DNA of 64,000 bases from Balanoglossus misakiensis (Eukaryota > Animalia > Hemichordata), in the NCBI GenBank assembly GCA_040954595.2, contig CM082595.2:891690-955689 (forward strand). The letters run 5' to 3'. How positions within the stretch are numbered: the first letter of the stretch is position 1; each line of letters starts with the position of its first letter. Below, in pieces: positions 12,801 to 27,800 of this stretch. The notes below the pieces were generated by a model, which saw nothing but the letters and a program-made list of their open reading frames with translations, was not told the DNA's origin and ran no database searches. The position numbers and the translations under genes are program-made.

Positions 12801-15800
12801 TTCCTGAATATCCCTGAGTAGAAGCATCTCTTCGCGTCCCTTAAAATGTTCTGATCATTTCGTACAGAAGCCATTTCCTGTCCCAAATTGACGCGAGTGG
12901 ATGCATTTACATCGGACGAAAGGAGCCCCAGTTTTGATCAGAAGATTGATGATTTCAATGCTCTGCCCATTAGCTCTTAGGAAGAGTACTGCCTCCTTGA
13001 TGAAAATCATTGCAACAATGCAACAATGCTCATAACACTGTTCAAACATATCCACTAGAGTATGTACCTAGGTAGAGCAGTCATGTCTGCATACTATCAC
13101 TATCTGAGGAGTCCATCTCCTATGATAAAAGCGTAATGGCTCAAATGTGCGTCCCGCACTCTTTTTCGTACAAATATGCATCACGAGAATGTATACTATC
13201 GGAAACTGCAACTAAAGTGCCGTTTAGGTTGTGCACATACATAATACGTGCCTGAAGAGGAAATGTTTTCAAATCGTTTTTACACCAAAAATGTCTCGTG
13301 TAAAGGAATCCTTGCTAACTTGTTTCCTCTTGTGAGACGGCCCACAAGAAAGTTGAAAGAGTGATGAAAAGCCTAGAGCCGTTTGGAAATCCCTGGCAAC
13401 AACAGGTACATGTAGATACGAGCTAATTAGGGGAGATGTCGTAAAATCAAGTATTGGAAGAGACACACTGGCTTTACAGTTTATGACTGCCCTCTGCGTT
13501 GACAGCCTTAATGACAAGAAACCGAATGTCGAGACAAGAGAAAGATAGAAAGACAGGAACATTAAGGGGGTCGCACGCATTCTGAAGATATATAGCGATG
13601 ACTAAAGTAATGAGAAGAGAGCAACGGAATGAGATACCGCTCTCGCATGATACGCATAACCAAGTGCTGCATGCGTGCACCAGGTTAGACATCATGTGTC
13701 GCGTTGCCGCAGAATGGCCGTGATGCTGTTGTTAGACTAACGTGCGGTCAGGTTGTTGACAACAGAAAATGACTTGAATCTGGAAAGCCAGATGTGGCAC
13801 TATGCAAGGGTGTGGCCAATTTCCAGGTGCCGTTCTCAACAATTCAATGACAGCGATTCATTCCGTTTTTGTGTACGGGCGGACAGAATAGACAAAATTT
13901 CTTTACGATACCCCTATCACACAATTATTTTATCACGAACCTGATTATTCTATTACTGTATGGAAAATCAGTTGCTTGCTTAAAAGCAGACACACAGAAC
14001 ATACAGAAATCTTAGGACACAATGCTTAATTGGATATCATTAAATTATCAATTATGGATTTACAGTTTGTGGGCTTGAGATTTGATTGGACAATCAAAAG
14101 TATAACCAACTGGTTATTCTGAATTCATTAGGAGTTAATTAAGACATCAAAGGAAATAATGCATGAAACATGAGAATAAGAACCATGTTTATCTGAGCAT
14201 TTCTTGAAGTCTTTAGAAACGTCCAAGGCATTTTCTTTACTTTTTAATTTGCCATATGTTTGTTGGTGTGGATACGATTCATGTCTACCAGGCCTGCCTT
14301 TGGATATAATTGTGTGCAGATAAAAGTCTGGATACGAATTGGACCCAGCTAGTCAACCACACATCTGTACGACTGGATCCAAGACATATTTTTCTATTCA
14401 CAAGGCTAGCTGTCGGGAAGAAAAATTCTTAGAGTGCTGGAGGGAGGAAAGGCTTATGCATTGTTGTGTCGTCCAGTATTTACTCAGGACTGAGAAGAGA
14501 CTGGGCCTCTTGCAAATTGGCTTAAGTACAAAGCACTCCTTAGCCGGGTAAATACTGCGCCTGAAAGTCACTGTGAGACCAGGGACAAGCCGGGCGGTTG
14601 GCACACAAAGAAGATTCAAACAATTACAGGTACAACTGAACAGCACCTTGGGGGATAAAGTAAGCTTGTTTGTTGAAAAACGGGGCAAAAAAACACCAGA
14701 TGATATCTTCAGGCTGCTTCACCTATACTACTATAATATTATAAATAAATAATTATAAACCAAGTATCTGATGAGTGCAGTTTTAATTTCTTTTATTTAA
14801 AGAGTAAGGACTGACTGAAACCAAGCGGGAAATAACAGCAAAATTGGTTATTTATACTGTGTTGGTCAGTTATAACGTGATAAAGAACAAAAGCTGGCTG
14901 GTTGCTGAGCTGACAAAGGCCGGCTTCAGGTATCGGTGTTTCCTTGCAAATTTAAAGAATTTACTTCAAGCATCCATATCAGAGACTCACTTTAAAGCAG
15001 ACTGCGTTACTGAAATACGATCTGTACTTACAACTGCGTGGAATGCGCTCCATTTTAGCTGCGTTTCAGCTCTCTCAATGCTACACTGTTGTTCCCTTTT
15101 ATGTTACCATAAATACTGGTACCAACACAGTAAGCAAACCAAGCGATCAGGAATATCAGACAGAGAGAGAAAAGTACCGCACTTTGCTAAAATAAGCACC
15201 TTTATCCTATGTTTTGGGGATCTACAGGTATCACTTATTGGCAGAGATTTTAAGTACATCAAAGCTACAGTGTGCGATTATTACATCACTAAAGCGTTTG
15301 TTGTCTTTTCTGAAATTCATCTGCACCATAACACGGGATAAAACCACCAGACTTAACTCCTCCTTTCTCAAGAACTTTCAGCATTCAATAACCAGTTTAG
15401 TGGCAGCGGTTGTACTTCAAAACAACAGTACAGACACCGATCTGGCACGAATGAAACCAGACACCGAGAGGGTTTTGTCACTTCTGTCATGGGTATAAAC
15501 ACGGACAATGTCCCCGTCTTTGAGTTCTGTCTTAATGTTGAGGTTAGTGACACTTGTTACCGCCGACGAACAAAATTAACAACACAGAAATACAGACTGT
15601 TTTATCTCAGACTTTTCTGGTCCAATTCAAATGAATATAATTAGTTTTAACGGCTGTCCGAATGAGTTGAAAACATCAATACAAGCTGTCAACCGGGCAG
15701 CATTATTGGGCTCACCAAAACGTGTGGTGATAATATTACCAGGATTCTACACAATGGAGAAGTGTTAGCCATGCCACTCTTGTGCTTTGGGTACATCTGC

Positions 15801-18800
15801 TCAACTTGTACAGATCCATACTCTACTATCTGAAGTGACAAATAAATACTTTCACTTTTAATAAAACTTGGTAAGCTATACGTGGTTTGTTGGCAAATCT
15901 GTAACATTGTGAGTACGATGGTGACTATGCAATTTTGATGTATATTAATGATTTCTGGCAGTCAGGGTCTGTCGTATTCACCTTTATTTCATTGGAACTG
16001 CACAAAGTATTTTGTTCGACAAATACCGTATATGACTTCACCGACAGATGCAGGTCATATGACTAGATCACATGACGACTCGGAACCAATAGAAACTTTC
16101 TCAAGCCTAAGAGCAGTACCAGAAAGTAAAGTAGATGAAAATAAAATAAAGCAACTAAGAATATTAGTCCTACGCTTTCAGACAATTTGTTCTAGAATCA
16201 ATCAAGAATTTCCTGTTTAATGTTAAAATTAGAACTTGATATGCAGCGATACAGCACATGACAATGAAGACCACTTGCTTCAGTTCTATTAATGCATCAT
16301 GTTCAAAGAGGCAATATCATAAGCAATAACAGGCAGTTATTATAGGTCATCAGAGAGCATTCAAATTATTCTATCCAGTCTATTTCTATTATTGGAAACA
16401 GGGTTAATAGTTTCCAGCACTATGGGGTTTTGATCTTGTAGCAGTGTCAGCCACTGAGACAGGAAGTCCATATTTTCTAATCAACCCTGTACATCTGTTG
16501 TCATCAGTCTTTCTACGAGGCCACTGACACGACGGCCACAGCAAGGACCAGGCCAACTCCACTAATATGCCAATTGTTGTCCTCCGAGAAAAGCTTTGAT
16601 AGTTTGCAGAAGTTGGATCAAACATACATCCACCACATAAATTCAAAGCCGTCCTTCTACGTTTGGGTATCAACCTACCAAAGAGAGTAACTATAATAAT
16701 TTGTTTAAATGTTGAGATTCGCTGCCCCAGACGGAAACTATAAAATTCACTCATGCCTTTTGTAGTATAGCACTCCAGAAGTTCTATGAACCTCGGATAA
16801 CAAATAAGCCACCTCTAGAATTGGCTCAAGTGGGGATGTATGTTAGAACCGCACACACATATATCACAAATGACATCACCAAGGATCAAAATCTTCAGTG
16901 TAATTCAGAAGTCGAAATATCTCTCCACTTTATGAGACATAAGGATTGAAACACTCCAATTTGTTTGCATGGCTATAGTCCATGAGTGTTACCTGGACAG
17001 GTTGCCCCTAACAACACTGGCTACTAATCTGTCAATCATAATGTACAAAATCTGAATGTCAGTAACGTTTGTGCATCAAACAATTGGTGTGTGCTGCAAA
17101 TATTTTTAATTTTAGCATACTAAACATTATCTTTTACAGACGAAAATATCTGATATCTACAACTGTGAGGGGAACTTTCCAGCTTCTTTCAGCAGTGTCT
17201 AATCGTTGTTATTTTTGACTGAAAGCCAGCCGATGTGTGGTGACACTGTGAAAACAGTCTTTTGTGTTCGCATGTGCCAAACTGGATAGTGTGATTTTTC
17301 GGGGTCTCACTTCAGACAACTCGCCTGACACACAACAAAGTCACAAACCCGCGGTAATTCCTCTCTCGTTCTAAATGATCAAAATCAATCATGGCACAAC
17401 CAAACAAAGGTTGTAATACAGAAGAGCTTTTACACGCACTGACAGATGCGCCGTACATGGTTTTTCTGTCTCTAAGTGCAATTATGAGTCCAAATGCTGT
17501 CTCCTTGCCTTGCTGTTTGCCAAGTAGTTTTGTATGATCTGATTGTAAGAAGCACAGGCAGTCATTATCTAAACTATCGAGCTTTCAAGCAAACTATCCT
17601 GTGAAAAACCCTCATCTCAAATAATTCTCAAAGCCTGTAAACACCAAATTCTTTGCGCACAATTAGAAAGCGCTGAAATAATGGTCAGTGTTGGCACTTT
17701 TTCCGCCCCACTCCAGGATCATTCACCGCCATATACAGCAATAAACATGACCTTTGCCCTCCGTTAAGAGTGCCGCTATTGTGCCAGAGTCTGGCCCAAT
17801 CACTCTGAACACTAAGTCGACTGATGAGTAATTAGTATTCTTCGGAGCTGAAAAGGGGGTGGCTGGTTTTCAAAACACCTAGTCTATAGGTTCCTGTACG
17901 ACAAACTCTTGGAGACTCTCTGGCAACGAACGGTCTGCACAACAAAAACTGTCATTTTTTTCATGTCTGGCAGATGTTTCGGGCTTCATTTTTATCACAG
18001 GAAGCAGAAGCATATAGCTTTCAGGCAATCAATCATTGAAAGAGTACTGTGCCAGGCACAATTCCATCAGGGGCCAATTTTTTTGGCAACTGGCCGTAAC
18101 TAAATGTCATTGTCCCCCCACTTGCGTGTTTACAGCTGCACTGCTTAGGTACACGTACTTCAGTTCATTCACCAAAACTTTTTTTCTTGCAACAGAACTT
18201 TTACAGTCATGAAAACTATAGTATGTTTCTCATACAATTCACTTTGAGCATTGACGGTCCCACACAGGAACTTGTTTGTCACATTATGACTTTTACAAAG
18301 ATGTGTCATTTTATCTGGCGAGCCGTGGAAGTAAGGTTCGTTACCATCTGAGATTCGTCATGGTCTAAACTTTGTCAGTGCTTTGTCACATCGTGGTGCG
18401 AAGACGCAGCGATTTCCTGCCAGCGATGATTAGTGGGACCGGTTGACCGGAAAATCAATCGCCAATTATCGCTCTCCCGAAGAACAATTTTACCAGCAGT
18501 GTTATCTTAATTCCGAGACCACCCGGAAAATCCGCAAGTCTTAAATCAAAAAGTAGGCGTGAATCTCTCCCAATAACAAAGAGGAATCTGCACGGTTCGT
18601 AAATCAGAACCGTGCTGGTCAGTTCCACTTTTGTTTTCTATTGTTGCTGTTCCTTCCTCCTTCGTTTTATAATCAGGTGGTCTGAATAAAGAACATCTCT
18701 CTCCGACAAGAGGATGTCATTAATCAAAGTAACTTTTCGCCCGAAAAAAGGTGTACACCATGTTTTCAGAGTGAACTCATCAGGTCATTTGAGGTCCGCA

Positions 18801-21800
18801 CTATCTACGTCCTTCCACCTTGCCAAATTCCTTGCATGCATGCTACCTGTTGCCATAGTAATTAAGCACCATTAGTTACTAACAAGTCTGAATTCATTAT
18901 AATAATGGCTTTCTTGACTTCAAAAACTTTTTCCATTTCAAACGAGACATTTTCTGCCTGGTAATTGAAACTGTGTACCAACAAAAGGGGAACTTTTTTA
19001 CTCAACACAGGCATCAAAGGGAAATAAGTTTGCAGCACTCTGAGACCACTTTAGCTACCATACATCAGATTAGCTTTGAACAGAGGCCTTTTCATCATTT
19101 CCCACCTGCTAATATTTATATCGCTTTCAAAAACATTCTCATGACAGGATTCTGAAAACTTGCGACCAACAGCCTTTTTCAGTGGAACTTAAACTGTCAG
19201 GCCTAAATGGTTTAGGCTAAGTGTGGGTAAAATTTAATTTGATTTTCACCACGCAGAACTGCCCAATGAGATTAGTCATGGTTTAAATATGCACAGGTCG
19301 GCTAATTGCATTGCCTCCGATTGACAACTGTTGTGAAGCATGAAAAGGCATGGCAAACTTTTTTGTAAGAAACCCGGCAAATTTTGACAGTTTCTCTTTC
19401 AGGAGACTGAAGAGAGATTGACCAAAGGTTTCTCTGGACAATTAGCGATGGATTTCTATGTCACGGTGTATTACATAGACCAATATGGAGTGAAATGAAA
19501 CCAGATTGCCAATAAAGTATTGGTTATTCTCTCTTAAATTGAATTTAACAAGGTCTTCAGCAGCTGAAAAGATTCCTTCATTCTTGTGACAAGAGTTTCA
19601 ATCAGCAACGTTAGGTCATTTTCAATTTTCTCGGCTATGATTACCGAGTATAGAAAATGGATAAATTATTGAATGCCGTTGTATTGTGAGCCACAGGAAT
19701 TCACTGAAGTTTGAGGTTTAGAACACTTTGAATTATCTGACAGGTTTTACTTCTCAGGGCAAGTTTTCCAAACAATGAATGTATTTGCACTAAGGCTTTT
19801 ACAGGCTGTGATTGGTACCCGAGAAAGTTTGAGTTTGGGAATGGTTTTAAAATTCTGGCTGTGTCTCAGCTTTTAGAGAGAAGAAGCAGGTATGAAATGC
19901 TGGCAATGCACGACAGATACTTAGGAATTCCGTCACACAGAATTCCTTCTCTATCCTTTTCAGCTTGTTGGGTCTTAATTAGCTCTGAACATCCCTCTTG
20001 GCTTTGTATATTACTGTAGAGGACACACGTACAAAAGAGATCGGAACAGATGTGTGCTGACTAAACTGAATGCAAGGAGAAATGCCACAGCCAAGATTGT
20101 CAATTGTACCCGAACAAATGTTGAACACTCATAATCCAATTATATTGTTCTACACACACAACAAAAATCCTTGCAAACGATTTTTCAGCAGACTTGCAAC
20201 CACTCCTAAATTGGTCGGCAGAGTGATGACAGAGTATCGGCCAATGGTCAATGACCACTCTACGCAGGTATCAAAACACTTTGTAAACATTAAAGGTATT
20301 TGTGATGTGAAAGGTTAAGCTGAAATTTCAGGTGAGAAAACATTGACAGGCTCTCTTTTCTTGCCGAGTGGAAAATGTGAATTCTACTGCTTCTAGTTGT
20401 GTATTGCAGTGGAATTGCAGACTGACGTCACACACTTGGATCTCGGAAGACGAGGAATAAACATTTATACGACTTCAGATACAACTTCACATCATTAACC
20501 AATTCCACACCGACTTTATTTGTCACTTTTGAACCGTTACGTGTTCAGCTGAGCTAAATTTCAAAAACAAAACTGGTCAGTTGGCATTTAGATTTTTCCG
20601 GTCGGAAGCGAACTTTAGCCGTGGTCAAGCTGTCAGACCCCTCCCCCCCCCCTTCCATCAAACACCCAGACTGACAATGTTTGTTTTAAACCAACTGTAT
20701 CCCTTTACTCGTCCAAGCGAACTGTTTACCTTTCTCCAGCAAATGAAATTAAGACGCTTCTATAAATCAGGGACTTCGTCAGTCCGTAACTGTTACCTTC
20801 CACGGGTGATATAGTTTTTTTCTCTGCAATACACGAAAATAAGAATCCTCGCTAAACTTTAAGACTTTTTTCTCCAGACTTGAGATCACTTTGTGAGTTT
20901 TCATTTGCCAAAAACGGGGTACCCTCTGGCAACACTTAGATTTTTAATCCCTTAAATGTACGCTCACTAGTCCAAGATACCGAAGAAACATTTCTACTTG
21001 CATTAAGAAGTATGCAGCACCAACTGTTGTTTTGTTAGAGTATTACAGCTCCATGCCATGACAGTTACAGCGTTGGACAGATGAACAGCCCACGGCCAGT
21101 ACATTCAGGAGATTTTTTCTACTTCTTTATAACGGGGACTGGACTTTCTTCTGGTATCAGGGTGAAAACCTGGTGGTCTTATTTTCACTGATTGCAACCA
21201 AACAGAGTTTTTTTCAGAGATGACCTCATGACTTCTCACCTACCTACAATTAATTTTATTTCTTTGTTTTTCACACAACAGTCACCGAAGAGTCCATCAA
21301 ATGGTGCTTGCATTGCTAGAAAGTTTACCCTCTAAATATATAGCCTGGGTCCTTTACAAACAGGTCAGGCAATTGTCAATACAGGACAGGTAAACAAACA
21401 AACCTCTAGCAGACTTGATTGTTTGTCCCGACTGCCCACTACTGTCCCAGCCTCCTCATACTTTTCTTCTCAACAAAACTCCCTCTGGCCAAAAGACAAA
21501 TAGCCAAAACACACCAAGTGGGAACACAACCATTGCAACAACCAGTCCAAATGAAAAATAAACAGTTTCGAATCAAAGTTTACTGACTAGAAAACTACCT
21601 TTTGATCTCACTGGTGGCCTGTTTTTGTCAGGACTTCAAAGCTTGACCCATGCAAACAAAAGAACTAAACTTGGCCAAAAAGCTGAAGAGAAATAGAAAT
21701 CATTGACTGTTTTCACTAATTGAGGACATTTGCAGACTAGAGTGTACAGAATACACTTTACTGTACATGTAATGATGATTAGTTAGTCTACAACTGAACA

Positions 21801-24800
21801 AGCTCAAATACCAGTAAGACTCAAATCTTTCCCTTGAAGTCGAACATATGTTTCAATCAATAGATTACAGCATACAGTGTTGAAATATGGATGTTGACTC
21901 CACAAAAGTTAATACATGTATGGCTGAAGACAAAACAAGACTAGCATCTGTTTCATTTCAAAGAACACAGCTTACACCGACAGATTTTAGTCCGTAAATA
22001 ATACATTTGTTGCAGTGGTCTATTGTTTATAGGCAGACTAGGAGTAAAACAGTGACTCAGAAATCAATATTGTGTGTTTTTTCAACGTCAACTATAACAA
22101 TTACACCATGCATATAGACAGACAAGTAGACCTTTGCAAGTTGTCAGACTCAATATCTCATTGATTTTTTTTGTAAAAATCTCTTTTTAAAATCCTTCCC
22201 CACTATGATGTGTTTAAACCCTATTTTTGTGAGAAGGATGGATCTATATATAGGGAAGTGGGGGAGACTGGATTATAGACCTCCGAATTGCTGTTTCTGC
22301 TCGTCATTTGCCAATTTGGGTCCATGAAAGCATATTGCTCCAGCTGTTAAATTGGACGAGAGACCCCAACCAAGGGAACATGAAGAGAAACTAACAACTC
22401 ACTTAATTTCTCAATTCTTAGCAAATGATGAGAATAAGATTTTAACGAGCAAATTAACGTTAAAATTTACACCAAATATAATGGTATCTTATGACTCTTC
22501 TCAATCACCAATCACCAGTTATGATTTATCACCACCTACATGTTCAAATTTTATATAGTCTTGGTGTACACACATGTGGTAGTTTCCATGTTTTCATAAA
22601 CCTGGTGCTGTGCACATGACAGATTATATTTGTCAGCGATACAGGTAGTGATTATAAAATCCCTTTTTATGACATCGATTTCATAATCATAAAATGTACA
22701 ATCACGGAATTATGTCTGCCTTTGCCGATCGACTGTTCGGTTCTGAGAACGACGGAAATTTCTGCCCCAATAAAAGTAATCATTGAGGTCACTGCCTTGT
22801 TCAAATGGTATGAACATGTTATATTGCTAAATTATTTGTGATTTTCTGTGTCTGCTTTTATTGAAAAAGCTGTTTAAAAGATTGTGAGGAACGTGAGAGT
22901 CCGGACAAATTTGTACATTTATTGGAGTGGAGAAAGTAAGCTTGCTTAGCTAAGCTGTTCAGTTTGTAAGCAATGTGTGAAAGGGGAAAGTAAACAGTTG
23001 TATTGAGTTAGAATTCTGAAGTCTCGGGAGTAGATCGAATTGGAAATGTGAGAGTCAGAGTAGAGTTTGAAAGTGTGTGGATTGCTGGACAAGTCGGTGC
23101 ACACTGCTTACAGTGTGATGGTAAATTTGTGATCAAGTTTGGAATTTTTTATTCAGTAGATGATTCACCAAGCTTGAGACGGATTGATGAGAAGGTCAGA
23201 TCAATATGGATGTCAACAGTCACTCGAAAACTTGACGTTGGCTTTGCTTGTATGCAAGTTTACATGGCGATCCCCAGTACCTTGACAAGAGCAAATAGAA
23301 TTTTATATATGGGTATGCACTGACATTTTATATGTACATGTATAGGAGTCAACGTCAGTAGATTTACCAGGTTAGCTCTGGTGACGAGTCCATTAAAATT
23401 TAAAGTGAGATGTTTGTATGCATTAATTACAGACATGTTGTCACACTGAAGTGGCCAAATGTACATATTACAAGTACTTGTAGAATGTCGGTACATTGCT
23501 TTACTGCCAAGGACTTGAATCAGCCCCTGAGCTGGTGAATTATTATTGGCTATGCTGTAGACACACTTCCATAGAGAGATAGTTGATACCAATGTCTCAG
23601 ACTGGTAAAATATATTACATGTATTAGTGAAATTTATGCACTTGGTGTTTTAGTGGTTAATTTTATTTCTGTCTGGGTCATAATCAAATCTACGCGGCAG
23701 AAATCCGAACTCCATTCCGGCATTGTGGTATGGGAGAGAGACAGGTGGTGGGAAGAGTTAGCCACCGGCAAAAATCAAGTACACTGCAAAGCACTCACTG
23801 GGTTCATCCACTTTCCAAGCTTACAGAGGTGATAACATGTCCACATCAAAGGAAACATTGTAAGTGGGGATGTAGCCACAGGAAATTTGTTGTTAAAACT
23901 CCCAAACATCATGTTTTGTCTTTCACTGATTGAATTGGCCCTCACTGTGGTGTCGCTGCTCAGGCATGCCCGATGCCCCTGTGTTTCCATGGCAACCACA
24001 GGAGGTGATGTTGATCAGTGTCAAGCGATTTTCAAAGCCAGCAGACTGTCTACTAACCGCTGTGTTCAAACGCTTTCCCTCAGTTATTGTTATCGGAATG
24101 AAGTAGATACAGCTTAAAAATTGATGTGTGACAAAACACAAAATCATTAGGAGCTATGATAACGTTTCCACGGATACAGAAGATACAAAGCCTTTTTATG
24201 CCTCGCAGGAGACTGAGTAGTGTCCCCATCTTCAACTATGTCCAACATTATTGAACATCTGTGAGATTTTTTTAATTCAAAGAACAAGACACCAGAATAA
24301 AGGTCACTTATTTGAGGAATTTTTCGTCTCTTTTTTGGCTGTCTCTCTCATCACTGCAACAATCTGTTTCTACTTAGTCGACTAGTGTGTTAATTCTAGT
24401 GGAAAGAACAGGACACCCTGAAAAGACGGATGCCAGCAAGGTTCAGTCATTCACACCCAGTCAGGTACCAAGCTTCTCCATTCAAACAACCGGCCATGAG
24501 ACTCCCTGGGTGATCAAACATCCAGTCATAACAGCCACGACTCTTAGTTTTGAAAATATGAGTTATTAGTTACGTGAGCAGTACGGTTCACAAGATGTTT
24601 CGGAACGCCAGATACTGCGATTATCAATAACTGTAACATCTGGTTGAATACTTGAGAAGAAGTTTCATGTGATATTTATTACACACATAGAGAGGCTTCT
24701 CGTTTCTTCTCCTCTCATCAACTGTCCTGCATTGAAAATTCACCAGCAAGCATTTTTTCTGCCAGACACAAAAGACCATTACTGTGCCTCTAATGGCAAA

Positions 24801-27800
24801 GTCTACTTTCTAATGCCCATAAAGGGGTTTAAGGAACACTGTATCCTTCGACTGGCCATTAATATACAGTGCTATTTTCTCTTCAGGTTTTTGCAGAGAG
24901 CATCACAATCCAGGGGAAATTACAGACATCTGTCTATTTTGTAAAGGGTTTTTACTTCCACTTCATTTCGTATACATCTTCATCAGAGAAAAGGTCACAA
25001 GGTCGGGCACACTCCATTGCATTCGAGAAAACACCAACCCCAAATATTGAGCCCGGGTGATAAGTACAACAAGAGCATCGGGGAGAAACGAATCTTGATT
25101 AAAGCAGAAAGAATGAGTTGGGAAGATGGTCTTTTCAAGGGGTGCTTTCTGCTGACAAAAGTGGTTTTGTTGCCCATGAGATCCAATATTGTGTCCTGAT
25201 TTGAAAGGATGTGTCCTCAGACACAGAAACCTCCACACATACTCTCTCTCTTTGATGAATGTAATCGGTGTCCCCAACGAGGTAAAAGATTTGAATTGGC
25301 AGCAAAACACCCAGAGAGAGAACGTACCCACTAGGGTCTTTACGTGTCTCTGATTTTGTTGAACATCAAAACAAGATGTTTGTCTACACAGACAGAAATT
25401 AATTTATGGACTTCTTAATAAAATTAAACTCAAAACACTACATGTAAACTGGCAAGACTTTCTTGTGATGATTATTAAATTATAGCAAGACGCGAGGGAT
25501 AGATCTTTTTGTTAACTTTCTGCCACTTATCTGAAAATGGGTCTAGCCATTGAATGTGTACAGTCAAGCCATGCTTTTAAAGACAATGGGATCAAGCACT
25601 AAGGCAGGTATTAAAGGGTTTTCAAGCAGCCAACAAAACATGGTCTCATTATTTGGGGACAATGCCACCAAAGCTATGGTGGTCAAAAACAAGCAGATTA
25701 AGAGTAACCTTGACGGATCTACACACATCAAGTCATTCACTCCAACTTTTGTTATTTTATTTCAATTTTCGTTTGTGTGAATCATACAGAATTGATACAT
25801 TCCATGTCTAAAACTCACAGATGAATCTGATCAGCAAAGTCAAAGTTCAGAAAACAGACATTGCAACCACTTGGTGGAGAACAGCTGTCTCTCGGACTCA
25901 CATACCACAGAGGTCACACTAATACTTGACACTTCAGTTCACACATGCTTTGTTTCAACATGGAAAAACAACACAAAACCTCCGGCCATCAGAAGAAATA
26001 CAAAAATACCAGCGAACACTCACACACATTGTATTTGTAGCGTTGCCTGACCTGACACATAGGACAATATTTTCTGCAGCACCCACAGATATCTTAATAG
26101 AAGATTACAAGCTAACTGTCACAACACTGGAGAACAACATTTCTCTGTCTCTCTCTCTGTCTCTCTCTCTCCATATTTTCTTAGCACAAAAGTGGTTTTC
26201 TATCAACCATTAACAATCAAACAATCACCACTGGATCATTAAATATGCATTTCACTTAATGAATCAGCTCTTAAGAATATTGCATTAGCAGAGATTTCTG
26301 CCATTATGATTCTATATCTCAATTATTTGGATAATCTGTGCAGAGAGAAAAAAGTCACGTTAATTACACTGGTGACCTTTGACTCCATGAGTCACACAGT
26401 AGCTGATTAGTCGCACGTCAAAGTCAAAAGAAAATGTTGTCCCTGTCACGGGAAGCGTTCTTGTTCAAACATTTGCAATTGAAAAATACAACATCCTAAA
26501 CACTTTCTCATTTTCAAAATCAGCAATTTATAGCACGGGGTAGTCCAGTTTAGTTCTATTAAATCACTGAAATATATTGATGTCTGTTTCGTATTCATTT
26601 CTTTATTTTATTATCATACATGTATGATCTTGAAACTGCGTCAATTCTTATGGGTTGAGAGTTTTTAAGTTCCTGAAGGAAAATATTTCATTATCTCCCC
26701 TACGAGCATATTTTGCAATTCTCCGTGTGCGCACATGGTGAAAGGATATACGCCCTACATTTTCGGTTGCAATATCAGAAGCAAAAGGGCAGATAATTAG
26801 CCACGAAGAATTTCCAGCATAAATAGGACTGAAAGGAAACTCTATCCTGGGATGGTTCACCCTATAAATAGATTTGTGATCATCTGATGATCTAATGGTG
26901 GTTGGGGCGGATCAGACTACAGTGTGAACTACACACAGATGAAAAGCAGTGCTGTTTAAATTCCTCTAGACAAGAAGTGAACTTTGGTGACTGAGTGAAT
27001 CTTCTCCAGAATCCAGAAAATATCATCAAAATGGATAATTTTCCTCAGAGATAGTCATGCCTCATATCCCATTCCATCTCATGGATAACAAGGGATTTGG
27101 TGAAAAACAATCTTATAGTCGGGTTCACTCTGAATATTATACAGGTAACATTATTTGAGTAAAGTTATAACAAATGATCACACTTCTGTATGCATGAATT
27201 TTTTCACACTTTGAATTTGGTGATTCATAAGATACATTGATCTGGGCTGTGTCCGCCTCATTAAGCCCAAAAGGAGGGCCATTTTTCATGGCTCTGTTGG
27301 TCTGAAGTGATCTCAAAATTTCTGCCTGTCAGACCACATGATTAACCAGAAACATCAATGTCATGACAATAAATTTACTAGATGGTTTAATTTTTACAGC
27401 AGGGGACATTAAAATCGTCTGGGTCTTGGTAACAATAGCAGTGAATACCAATTAATGATTTATATTAAGCATGCTAGTGAAAGAGATCAAAGAGAAAACT
27501 GCAGCATGCTTGCAGTGATGAAAATGACTTCATTTGGCAAACAATGGCATCATTTCAAAAAATATATGCAGAAGTACGTGTACATTGATGTCGAGTGGCA
27601 AAACTGTGCAGGTAGCAATTATGTTAAACAGGACAGCTTTGCTGGTGGGGTTCTGCTGAGCTTCTCAAACTTTTCACAAAAAGCAAAACATTTGGATATA
27701 ATTTCTCTTACTTATACTATTTTCTGTCCATTTTTACCTATAATCATAAATATGGTCTTATTTTAAGTCAGGTTTGGTACAAGTTTAGGTCAGGGTTGTA

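Noticed and set aside
14844-15341. 165-aa plus-strand ORF in Eph intron 3
   Set aside because: TTG start, no recognisable domain, no supporting splice structure; consistent with a chance ORF.
21444-21457. GTCCCAGCCTCCTC, identical to part of the HDV ribozyme
   Set aside because: Pairing partners for P1, P2 and P3 are absent; chance match.
24960-24990. CTGATGA...CGAAA hammerhead-like core on the minus strand (similar cases near 17821 and 18770)
   Set aside because: Stem II cannot form and no stems I/III are evident.
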